The translations under genes and the position numbers were made by a program. The notes under the pieces were generated by a model, which was given only the letters and a program-made list of their open reading frames with translations, did not search any database and had not been told where the DNA came from. From positions 18,910,001-18,974,000 of the forward strand of contig OZ210885.1 of NCBI GenBank assembly GCA_964658305.1: 64,000 bases of DNA, written 5' to 3'. Every line of letters starts with the position of its first letter. The first letter of the stretch is position 1. Source of the stretch: Leptogorgia sarmentosa. Lineage: Eukaryota. Positions 1 through 11,300 of this stretch are shown one piece after another.

Positions 1-359
1 AACATGATATATATGTTGGTTGTCTCATATGATTGGGCGTGGTCGGGATTCAGCCATGTAAACATTATGGTGTTTTGCCACGCCCCGTTTGGAGTAAAAA
101 ATTTTTTCCCCCTCACACTGTTGTTCAGCATCTGGGCATCTACAAAATATTTATCCCGTGTCTGTAGCATGTAAAACCACAGAGATATTGTATTATAAAA
201 AGGGTCAAATTAGCATTTATGACCATGTTCAACATCACATAGCCACCTTAATATAATTTCATAAGTTACAGCAACCACCCAGAATCCGTCTCTAGTACAT
301 GTACTTTGAGGTGTCAAAGAATGAATAGCATACATAGAAACCTACAGGAGATATGTATG

Positions 360-447
360 ATCTCGTAGCGCAAGAGGAGCAGTTCAATGTTGAGTTAAAA
401 CTGCATGAAAAACGCATGAAAATGAAGGCTGAACTTGAACTAAGTAA
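360..447 (+). repeat. 88-bp dispersed copy of BEL gag sequence (1446-1533)
   Basis: ATCTCGTAGCG...ACTAAGTAA matches 1446-1533 with no mismatch I can see; flanks unrelated to the element. Confidence 0.9.
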
Positions 448-859
448 AACTAATAACTTTGTGAATTATAATAACGTAAAAAATGGCTCTTTTATATAAT
501 ACATATGTATAATGATATCTGATATCCCGACTTGTCATTTCTTTGTCAATTGTCACCCTAACTATAATTGTAACATAACATTTACAGCTTAACACAAACA
601 CGTTTGTTCTTAGATCAAGATATCTTCGAGGGCATCGACATCATCGCGCCAACGCCGCGAAAGAGCCTGCAGAGAGGTCAAGAAAAGCCACCTCCGGAGT
701 TATCTTCACCTTCACCTTCCCCGAGTTCAAAGAGAGTGCCCGATATACCATCCCAGCGGCAAGAAACTTCTCCCGAAGCCGAAGAAGAGGGGAAGGTTCG
801 TATATAATATATATATAGAATATATTTAGTTTCCGTATATATTCGTATATAAATATAGT

Positions 860-1090
860 TGTTGGGAACTGACCAATCATTTAAGATATATCATATAACA
901 CTTTAGGGAGGGAAAGTTAATTAGGGAGATTATATAGTTTAGTTTTGATCAGAGAGTGTCATCGTGACAGCGAGAGAGTACGGATGTGAGACAGCTGCGA
1001 CGAGCATACATTGTGATTTGGGTATACTTATATTTTTCTATTAAAACTTATATAAATGTGATTTGTCGAGGACTACTGTTTTGGAGGCAA
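860..1090 (+). repeat. 5' LTR of BEL element (lacks the last 12 bp present in the 3' LTR)
   Basis: Matches 6445-6675 with one visible mismatch. Confidence 0.92.
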
Positions 1091-1153
1091 GCTGAAATAT
1101 AGCTGAAACGCCAGTTAACTTATCTTAAGTACGAATCAACGACAAAACGTGAC

Positions 1154-4100
1154 ATGGAGAAGCTTGGGACGAAGCTGAAACAGTTGAACCTAGGAGTCCT
1201 TTGAACGAAGAATATCTTGGACTCAGGTAAGAGAGAATCAATTAAACGGCATATCGATGCGCTACGTGAGACTGTTCGGGAATCAAACGAACTTAAACGA
1301 GCTGCCGAAGCGGCAAAAATCGAGCTAGGCGAAAGCGCCGAGAAAATTAATGATTGGAACAATGAGACTGACGCTAAGATTGAACTGGCGGACGTTGAAA
1401 TTGATCAGTTAGAGAGTTGGCTTGCGGAAAAGGAACGTTCCGAGCATCTCGTAGCGCAAGAGGAGCAGTTCAATGTTGAGTTAAAACTGCATGAAAAACG
1501 CATGAAAATGAAGGCTGAACTTGAACTAAGTAAGACCGCGACGGAAGTTCAGGAATGCGCTGGATTTAAGACGGCTAAATTACCCAAGTTAGAAATATCA
1601 AAGTTCGAGGGTTCGATTATGGATTGGCCTAGGTTCTGGGGGCAGTTCAATGAAGCAATAGGAAAAAGTTCAATCGCACCTATCAGTAAATTTACCTACT
1701 TGCGCGAGCTGCTTGGGCCCAAAGTAAGATGCTGTGTTGAAGCCCTTCCGTTTACACCAGAGGGTTATAATCGAGCCAAGGCAATCCTGAAGGATAGATA
1801 CGGTAAAGAGTCCGAGATAGTGAACAGTTACGTAAAAGAAATACTAGAATTGCCCCATATTACAACAGCAAATCCACGTAAAATCGCCGAATTTAGCGAA
1901 AAACTGTCTTATTGTGTTCAAGCGCTAGAAACCATGAAAAGGCTTGATTCTGTGCAGGGAAATGTATCAATGACCCTCGAGAAATTAGTCGCGATTAGGG
2001 GAGACTTAGTTCGCACTGACGTTGAGTGGGAATCCTGGGATTTTGTAAAGTTAACCAAAGCTCTGCGCCACTGGGTGAAACGTAACCCAGTCGTATCTAA
2101 TGACAGAGAGCGTGAAGAGAACAATCGCGATCATAGGAAATTATTTAATGCGCGAAGCGAAGAAATTAAGCTAAGGGGCTGTGTGTATTGTGGGGACACT
2201 GGTCACAAAGCGACGCAGTGCGAAAAGGTCATCGACACAAGCGAGCGCAAGAAAATCCTTGCAAGAAGGGGTTTGTGTTTTAATTGCGCGACGAGAACGC
2301 ATCGCGCGACAGAATGTTCAAGCAAAGCATCCTGTCAACACTGCGGTAAACGTCACCACTCCTCAATTTGCGACCAACGTCAACAAAACCCCGAAGGGGG
2401 GCGCAAACTGATGACAGACGGTGTCAGCGGTGATGGTGTTTTCCCGGTAGTCGTAGTAACGGTAAATGGTGTAAAGTGTCGTGCACTAATTGATTCTGGC
2501 GCCGGCGGGTCGTATGCCTCAGCCAAGCTGATTAAGATGATTGATAGTAAACCGATTGAATCCAGAGTACAATGTGTTGACATGCTCCTAGACTCGAAGA
2601 CAACCCGGATGGAATTTTACGACACGGAAGTACGCGCATTAGACGGAAATTTCAAAATGAACGTGAGAGTGGCCAAAGTGGAAACACCAGAACTGTTAAC
2701 TATTAATAACCCGAACTATGAGAAGCTAATTCGTGATTATAACCACCTTGGGAACGTTGTCATTGATGATTGCGATACGAAAGATAGATTGCCCATTCAT
2801 TTAGTGCTCGGGAACGGCGAGTACGCACGAATCAAAACAAGCACGAGGCCTGTCATTGTGGCGACCACGAACCGGTGGCGGATAAAACGAAGTTGGGCTG
2901 GTTCATCATGAGCCCCGGAATCGATTTCGACCGCAGTACGATGTTATTAACCCAAACTGCGCACTCGGACTTCGAAAGCCTGTGTAGATTAGACGTACTC
3001 GGCCTGGCAGATACCGTGGAGAACGACCAGAATGTGGTTTACGACGATTTCAAGGAGCAGTTGGTGAGGAATCCTGCAGGTTGGTACGAGACCAACCTTC
3101 CATGGAAAGCGAATCACCCCGACCTACCCACAAACGAGGCTGCGAGTCGTCGACGTTTAACTTCGCTGGTGAGGAAGCTAAAGCGGGATGGAAATTACGA
3201 ACAGTACGACGGAATAATTCGTGAACAACTCGAGCAGGGAATCATCGAAGAAGCATCAAACAAACCTGTAGACAAAGAGTATTATCTTCCACACAAGGCG
3301 GTCGTAAAGAAATCAGCTGAAACCACGAAATTACGGATTGTCTACGACGCCTCCGCGAAGGAACAGAGCCACCAGCCGTCCATAAACGAGTGTTTAAACC
3401 CTGGACCACCACTCCAAAACCGATTGTGGGAAATCCTCGTACGAGCGCGATTCTTCCCAGTCCTTTTAACGGGTGATATCGAGAAAGCCTTCCTCCAAGT
3501 GCGCATAAAGGCGGAAGAACGAGACGCGTTAAGGTTCTTTTGGGAAAGTCCAGGAAGTGGAAAATTAAGTGTGTATCGGTTTACTCGCGCGCTGTTTGGC
3601 CTGACTTGTTCTCCATTTCTCCTTGGAGGAGTAATCAATGAACACTTGAAGCTCTGGCAAGACAAATACCCAGAATTAGTCAGGGAAATTCGTGATTATT
3701 TATACGTCGATGATTTGATTACGGGGGGAGAGAACGTGGAATCCGTGGCAGCAAAAAGATCACAAGCAGTTGAGGTGTTCGAAGATGCGACATTCAAACT
3801 TCACAAGTGGCACTCGAGCAATCTTACCTTAGAGAATCACAACCAGTCGAGTCCAGCAAACGAAGATGAAATGACCTACGCCAAAGAACAACTTGGATCG
3901 GGAAAATGCGATACGAAACTCTTAGGACTTCCGTGGAACAAAATTGAAGATACCTTGAGCATTGTAACCTCGGCTCAGAAGAATATAGCAACGAAGCGTG
4001 AAGCTCTCTCGGAGCTTGCAAAAATCTATGACCCCCTTGGGTTGGTATCTCCAACGACCTTAATAGCAAAGATGCTTTATCGCGAAATGTGTGAAGCGAA

Positions 4101-6318
4101 ACTTCCATGGGACAGAGAGTTGTGCGAAGCTATGAAACGACGGTGGGAAGAATGGGGAGCCTTGATTTCTAAGAAATTTACCATTCCACGAACATTGGCC
4201 CCAGTCCACCAACCTATAACAGCGGTTACCCTCCATGCCTTCGGTGATGCAAGTAAGTCGGGTGTCTCGTCGGTCGTGTACGCAGTGGTGCAGCAAGGGG
4301 AGACTAAGACTCAAGGTTTAGTTTGCGCAAAATCACGGTTGGCCAAACAAAACCTTACAATCCCGCGTCTCGAGCTCGTGTCAGCACATATGGCCACCAA
4401 TCTAGTGTCGAATGTCGAAAGGGTAATTGGAAACTACGAAGTGAACGGAACTCATTGTTGGAGTGACTCTACCGTGGCCCTCTACTGGATTAACGGACAA
4501 GGAGAGTATCGACAATTGGTGTCAAACCGCGTGAGGAAAATTAGAGAGCACAGTAACATCCAGTGGCATTACGTTCCAACCGAAGAAAACCCAGCGGATA
4601 TCGGAAGTCGAGGCGGAAGCACAGTGAATAATGAGTTATGGACCAACGGTCCAAAATGGCTGAGTGATCCCGGGACGTGGCCGAAATCCGCGATAATTGA
4701 ATCAAGTCCAGAAACAACCGCCGAAGCAAAGGTTACGAAAAGCATTCTTGCCACAGCAATCACGCGTGAGGACGATCGCATGGACAAACTCCTCGAAGCC
4801 CATGGCTTACGGAAAGTCACCCGAATCGGTGCAAGGGTTAGAAGATTTATCAACAATTCGAAGTGTCCCATCAGCGAACGTGAAACCGGACCGTTAGAAA
4901 CAGCCGAGATCCAAGATCAGTATCTTTGGTGGACCAAAAGAGCACAGCAAGACGCAGCGAATAACGGTGAGATCGAGAAGTCGAAGGTACAACTAAATCT
5001 TCAGCTGAACGGGGAGGGAGTTCTGGAATGTCAAGGCCAAATCGATGGAGACTACCCTATATTCCTTCCACAAGACCACCTCTTCACGCGTAAACTGGTC
5101 GAACAAGCTCACCTCACCACTCTTCACGGTGGAGTTGCCATGACTATGGCAAAGATCAGGGATCATTACTGGGTCCCAAAGCTACGACAGCTCGTTAAAC
5201 GTGTGCGGAGCGATTGTTGGGGTTGCAAACGGTTTCGAGTACAATCATACGAGAACCCACCCCCCGGAAACCTGCCCACCACTCGTACGCAAGGAACTAC
5301 CGCCTTCGAAATTCTCGGTGTCGATTTCGCGGGGCCGATCCGGTTTCGGACGAAGGGCAAAACCTCAAAGAAAGCGTATTTGGTTCTGTACGGATGTAGT
5401 CTCACGAGGGCTGTTCACCTGGAAGTACTACAATCACTTGAACTGAACGATTTCCTATCCAGTCTCAAGCGATTCATTGCACGGCGCGGAAGACCAAGGC
5501 TGATATACTCGGATAACGGGGCAACGTTTAAGGCAGCGGAGAAATGGCTGAAGCGAGTTCAGCGTGACGAACAGTTTAATTCCTTCCTCACAGATCGCGC
5601 AATCGAATGGAAATTTAACCTAAGTTGGGCCCCCTGGTGGGGAGGGCAATACGAACGACTCATTGGGTTGTTCAAACGTGCATTCCACAAGTTGATTGGT
5701 AACGGTATTCTCACGTTCAAAGAACTAGAGGACGTTGTCTTAGATGTAGAAGTTGCACTCAATGATCGACTGTTGAGTTACCTCGAAGACGATATCGAAC
5801 TGTCAGTTCTAACGCCAGCCACAATGTTAAAGATTAACCCGAGTCGGTTACCCGAGTTAAAGGCAAGACATCTGGATGAGGAAGACCTTCGGAAGCGGGC
5901 GAAAATTCTAAAAGGGTGCAAACGAGCGATGTGGAGAAGATGGTCTCGAGAGTATGTACGGAGTCTGCGAGAACGACACGTGAACGCGGGGGGCAAACAA
6001 GCATCGTGCCCCAGGAAAGGATCAGCGGTCATCATAGTGGACGAGAACAAGAATCGGAATACGTGGAAACTAGGTATAGTGTCGGACCTCGTCAAGGGTA
6101 AAGATAACGTGATACGGGGAGCCAAAGTACGAACGGCAAACGGCGAACTCGAAAGGGCGATCCAGCATTTATACCCACTTGAGCTGTCCATCGAAGAGAA
6201 GAACTGGGAACCTAATCCCTCCGCTCCCACCTTCATTCCTCGGCCAAAAAGAGACGCAGCCGTGGCAGCGGATTTACGTATGCAACAGCATGCGCAAACG
6301 AACAGAGACGATGTGTAA
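1154..6318 (+). pseudogene. BEL gag-pol polyprotein with a nonsense codon (TGA 1202-1204) and a frameshift near 2860
   Basis: ATG 1154 in frame with ORF 1217; KLPKLEISKFEG gag motif, Cys/His knuckles, ALIDSGA protease, YLPHKAVV/LRIVYDAS/YVDD RT, HAFGDAS RNase H, GVDFAGP/SDNG integrase. Confidence 0.93.
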
Positions 6319-6444
6319 CAATGTTTATTTAGTCGTATTAATAATTTAGTTTTGTTATAGGTAGTCACAAAGAACATGAAAGGAACTACAACGAAGTCAG
6401 TCCCAAAGGACATATAACTCTTGATTGAGCTATATGGGGGAGTG

Positions 6445-6687
6445 TGTTGGGAACTGACCAATCATTTAAGATATATCATATAACACTTTAGGGAGGGAAA
6501 GTTAATTAGGGAGATTATATAGTTTAGTTTTGATCAGAGAGTGTCATCGTGACAGTGAGAGAGTACGGATGTGAGACAGCTGCGACGAGCATACATTGTG
6601 ATTTGGGTATACTTATATTTTTCTATTAAAACTTATATAAATGTGATTTGTCGAGGACTACTGTTTTGGAGGCAAACATTCTCGACA
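6445..6687 (+). repeat. 3' LTR of BEL element (243 bp)
   Basis: TG...CA ends, preceded by polypurine tract. Confidence 0.93.
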
Positions 6688-7224
6688 TAGTTTCCGTGTT
6701 ATATATTAAAAGGAGTTTATTTTCTTTTAGTACGAAAGGAAGAGGCGTGCATGCAGCTTGTGCGATGCCAAAGTCAAGAATATGCCCAAGCATCTCCGTA
6801 CAATCCACGGAATCGTGAATCGGTGGCTATGCAAACAGTGAATCGGTGACGGAGGGTAAGCCGGGTATACCGCCCGAACTGGTATTCTTTGTCAACACGT
6901 CGGGACAGCGAGTCAAGAGTGTCTCAGCGAATGAAAGTCATGGGGAAGAGGATGGGCATGGACGTCCACGGAGCTGGCCTCCGAAAATCACTCATATCCA
7001 AAGGGGGATGGGGCATTCGTCAGCTGTCAGTGATGAACAGCTGGCGAAGCAGATGTCCCATTCGGTCATCACCTCCGACAAGTATTATAATGTCGCAGCG
7101 ACGGGCAAGGAAGACTTGGTAGTGGCCAAATTTTTAAAAGACATTACGACAGGGGAGGAGGTTAGTTACTACCCTGACATAAATAAGTTTAAGTTACCGT
7201 TGTTCATTAATCTTTTTTTATTTA

Positions 7225-7878
7225 TTTACCTGACCAGCAAGAGCAAGAGCTTTCCACCGGAGAAGCGTCCGCCGGGGAGGAAATAGAGGAACCGCCACGA
7301 AAAAGAAAGGTAACTACCATATATATAAATACGTTTTCAGGAATTGGTTTCTCCTACGAAAGATATCGTTGTTCATGATTCTTTTTTTATTTAGCCCGGT
7401 CCCATGACGGAAACGCCACGACATCGGGAGGAAGCGGCGGAACAGGAAGAAGAATCCGACGAGGAGGAGGTAACTACCTGATATAAATACGTTTTCAGGA
7501 ATTGGTTTCTCCTACGAAAGATATCGTTGTTCATAATTCTTTTTTTATTTATTTACCTGACCAGCAAGAGCAAGAGCTTTCCACCGGAGAAGCGTCCGCC
7601 GGGGAGGAAATAGAGGAACCGCTACAAAAAAGAAAGGTAACTACCATATATATAAATACGTTTTCAGGAATTGGTTTCTCCTACGAAAGATCGTTGTTCA
7701 TGATTCTTTTTTTATTTAGCCCGGTCCCATGACGGAAACGCCACGACATCGGGAGGAAGCGGAGGAACAGGAAGAAGAATCCGACGAGGAGGAGGTAACT
7801 ACCTGGTATAAATAAGTTTTCAGGAATTGGTTTCTCCTACGAAAGATATCGTTGTTCATAATTCTTTTTTCATTTAGG
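7225..7878 (+). repeat. Two tandem ~326-bp units, each with two acidic mini-exons and near-identical short introns
   Basis: CAGCAAGAGCAAGAGC at 7235 and 7562; TTAGCCCGGTCCC at 7391 and 7716; GTAACTACC donor-like motif repeated four times. Confidence 0.85.
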
Positions 7879-7893
7879 AAAAGGAATTGACTA

Positions 7894-7980
7894 CAACCTC
7901 GTACCCAGGGTCTTTTGATCTCCGCTCCCGCTGCTCTCCCGCTACGACAAAGACCCTGGCTGGAGCTGGTCACGTGACTC
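7894..7980 (+). mobile_element. Probable terminus of an Academ-like DNA transposon
   Basis: CAACCTCGTACCCAGGGTCTTT...AAAGACCCTGG hairpin followed by GGTCACGTGAC, directly upstream of the RecQ gene. Confidence 0.5.
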
Positions 7981-8171
7981 CGCATGAAATTAAAACCCGT
8001 GGGAGGGTAGGGTGCGCGCAATAGTTTTGTATTCAATGGGCTGCCATGATGGATTACTTCGCTTTCTTTTCGTGCCTGCATTTTGCGGTTTCTAATAGTG
8101 TCTATTACAATACTATTTTAAAACCCAAGCAAGTCATATGTCTCGAACATATATTCTTTCACCATGACGTT

Positions 8172-8352
8172 TGTTACGATAAATTTGTATTATATTTTAG
8201 TTTGTTACATTGGGTACCCTGTGCAGGGGTCAGCGGTTATATATATATATTCGAAAATCAACAACCGCCATTTTGTTTTGTATTTTTGTATTGCATGATT
8301 CAGTGTAATAAAGCCTTAAATTACTGGCAATCGTTCATATAATTTCTCTACA
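8172..8352 (+). repeat. Gypsy 5' LTR
   Basis: Matches 12000-12180; contains TATATA run and AATAAA. Confidence 0.96.
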
Positions 8353-8370
8353 ATTTATTACACTGAATCA

Positions 8371-11300
8371 ATGGATAGAGTTCTTCGACCTGAACGACTT
8401 GATATTGATCCAAACGACAATTCAGCCGCAAAAGAATGGTTACACTGGGAACGGACTTTCGCTAACTTCCTATCAGTATTGCCACAAGAAGACCTTAATA
8501 AGCTCTCTGTTCTCGCTAACTTCGTCTCACCTTCAATCTTCCAGTACATTGAGGACTGCCGGGAATATGATGAAGCCATTCAAACACTGCAAGCACTTTT
8601 TGTAAAGCCCAGAAATGAAATCTTTGCTCGTCATGTCCTCGCCACTCGAAGACAACAACCCACTGAAACACTCGATGAATACCTGCAAGCCCTTAAGACC
8701 CTTAGCAAGGATTGCAATTTCAAGAATGTCACAGCCAACCAGTATTGTGAAGAGAGTATAAGGGATGCATTTATTGCAGGTCTACAGTCGAACTTGATAC
8801 GACAGAGACTGTTGGAGCACAAAACCCTTGATCTCAAGACAATGTTTGATCAGGCCAGGGCCTTGGAATCCGCCATGCGTAGTTCGGAGTCGTACACATT
8901 ACCTCCACAGCCTATTAATGCAGCAGTCCCTCCTAGTTCCCAAGCTTGCTCTCCTAGCCCTACAGAATTGCCTGATTCTGTCGGTACCCTAGCTGCAGTA
9001 GCATCTGAAGGCCCCAGTTGTTTCTTTTGTGGAAACAGCAAACATCCTCGTTCAAAGTGTCCTGCTCGTGAAGCTATTTGTCTAAAGTGCCAAAAGAAAG
9101 GTCATTTCGCAAAAGTGTGTCGTGGAAAGCCAGTGCAACCTAAAGATAAAGTGTCAGCTGCGGCTTGGTCACCAACTCTCGCAACAGTGCCAAGCCCTAC
9201 CTCACTCTCAAAATCATTGGCATCTGTGGACATCAATGGATTAAAAGTAAAAGCTCTTATCGACACCGGAAGTACTGAAAGTTTCATTCACCCAAGTCTC
9301 GTAGAGAAGGCAGCGTTAATAGTTCACCCTTCTTCTAGCACGGTATCCATGGCGACCTCCCTATCATCAGCTAAAATAAGTGGAACCTGCACTGTTGATC
9401 TTTCATACCAAGAGCGACGTTATGAAAACCTACATTTGTCTGTACTACCGGGACTTTGTGCTGATTTGATACTTGGTCTTGATTTCCAGACACGACATGA
9501 AAGTGTAGTGTTCAAGTATGGAGGCTCTGAACCTCCACTGTCAGTATGCAGCTTCAGTACCCTTAACATCGACCCACCCCAACCATTCGCAAACCTGATG
9601 CCAGAGTGTCATCCAATCGCCACCAAGTCCAGAAGATACAGCCAGGACGATTCTGAATTCATTGACAAGGAGGTGACAAGGCTCCTTGCAGAAGGTATCA
9701 TCGAACCAAGCCACTCACCCTGGCGAGCTCAAGTCGTCGTCACCAAGGACGATAATCACAAGAAGAGGTTGGCGATTGACTACTCTCAGACTATAAACCG
9801 CTTTACCATCCTTGACGCCTTTCCATTGCCAAATATAAGTGAAATGGTTAACAAGATTGCCCAATACAGGGTCTTTAGCACGATCGACCTTCGGAGTGCC
9901 TACCATCAAGTACCTTTAAAGGACGAAGACAAGCCCTACACAGCCTTCGAGGCCCGTGGTAACCTCTACCAGTTTACACGTCTACCTTTTGGTGTCACTA
10001 ACGGCGTCGCTTGTTTCCAAAGGGAAATGGTCAAGTTTGTAGAAGAGAATCATCTCAAGGCAGTTTTTCCTTATCTAGACAACATCACCATCTGCGGGAA
10101 AGATCAGAAAGACCACGACGAAAACCTGAAGGAGTTCCTAGAAGCTGCAAAACTTAAGAACATTTGCTACAATGATGAAAAGAGTGTCTTCTCTACCCGT
10201 CGCCTACCCTTACTTGGATATGTCATCGAGGAAGGTAACATCTGCCCCGATCCCGAGCGGCTACGTCCCCTACGTGACCTTCCCATCCCGCACGATTCCA
10301 AGTCACTCAACAGATGCATGGGATTGTTTTCCTATTATTCACAGTGGATTCCTGAATACTCGGACCGCATTAAACCTATCACAAGCTGCAAGTCGTTTCC
10401 TCTCTCACAGGAGGCTATTCAAGCATTCCAAAACCTAAAGAAAATGGTAGAAGAGGCCCTCGTGGGTGCCATCGATGAAAGTGTCCCATTTGAGGTCGAG
10501 ACAGATGCTTCGGAGGTAGCACTGGCAGCCACTCTTAATCAAAATGGAAAACCAGTAGCCTTCTTTTCACGAACTCTCCAAGGCAGTGAGCTCAAGCACG
10601 CATCTGTAGAGAAAGAGGCCCAAGCCATAATAGAAGCTGTGAGACATTGGAGACATTTCCTAACTGGAAGGTATTTTACGCTAAAGACCGACCAAAAGTC
10701 TGTGGCCTACATGTTTGACCAACGTCACAAAGGAAAGATAAAGAACGACAAGATTATGAGGTGGCGGCTAGAACTGTCCTGTTACAGCTTCGACATCATC
10801 TACCGTCCAGGCAAAGAAAATATTCCTCCTGATACTCTGTCAAGAGCCACTTGTTCTGCTGCAACGGATGAAGATTCCTTGTACAAGCTACATGTGTCGC
10901 TGTGTCACCCCGGTATCACCAGGCTTCACCATTTTGTACGAACCAAGAACCTTCCTTATTCTTTAGATGACATCAAACGTGTTATAAGTAGATGTTCCGT
11001 GTGTTGCGAATGTAAGCCTCAATACTACAAGCCGGAGAGGGTTCCACTTATCAAAGCCACGCAGCCTTTTGAGAGAATCAACGTTGACTTCAAGGGGCCT
11101 CTACCTAGCTGTAATGGCAACCGCTATTTTCTCAATGTTATAGACGAGTATTCAAGATTCCCTTTTGTATTTCCTTGCCCAGACGTCTCGACATCTACTG
11201 TTATCAAGTGCCTAACTTCGCTTTTCTCCCTTTTTGGAATGCCAGCGTATGTACACTCTGATCGGGGAGCATCATTTATGAGCAGCGAGCTCCAAAGTTT

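Larger units (their letters stand above)
860..6687 (+). mobile_element. BEL/Pao LTR retrotransposon, near full length
   Basis: Paired LTRs starting TGTTGG, 3' LTR ending GACA, TAGT on both flanks, PPT-like ATGGGGGAGTG before 6445, gag-PR-RT-RH-IN order with Pao motifs. Confidence 0.95.
615..7160 (+). pseudogene. Degenerate spliced gene with C2H2 zinc finger and C-terminal half of a tyrosine recombinase (Crypton-like YR); BEL element in its intron
   Basis: Putative exon ~615-796 (Pro/Ser/Glu-rich) then GT; exon from 6731 after TTTTAG reads YERKRRACSLCDAKVKNMPKHLRTIH, then across frameshifts FFVNTSG...GAGLRKSLISK...LAKQMSHSVITSDKYY (6979-7088), matching the YR R...H...Y pattern. Confidence 0.6.

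Noticed and set aside
2850..2911. Programmed gag-pol frameshift
   Set aside because: No slippery heptamer; BEL elements normally have one ORF; the copy also has a nonsense codon, so mutation is more likely
5778..6461. 227-aa antisense ORF in BEL (possible env or accessory gene)
   Set aside because: Shadow of the integrase frame; no recognisable motifs
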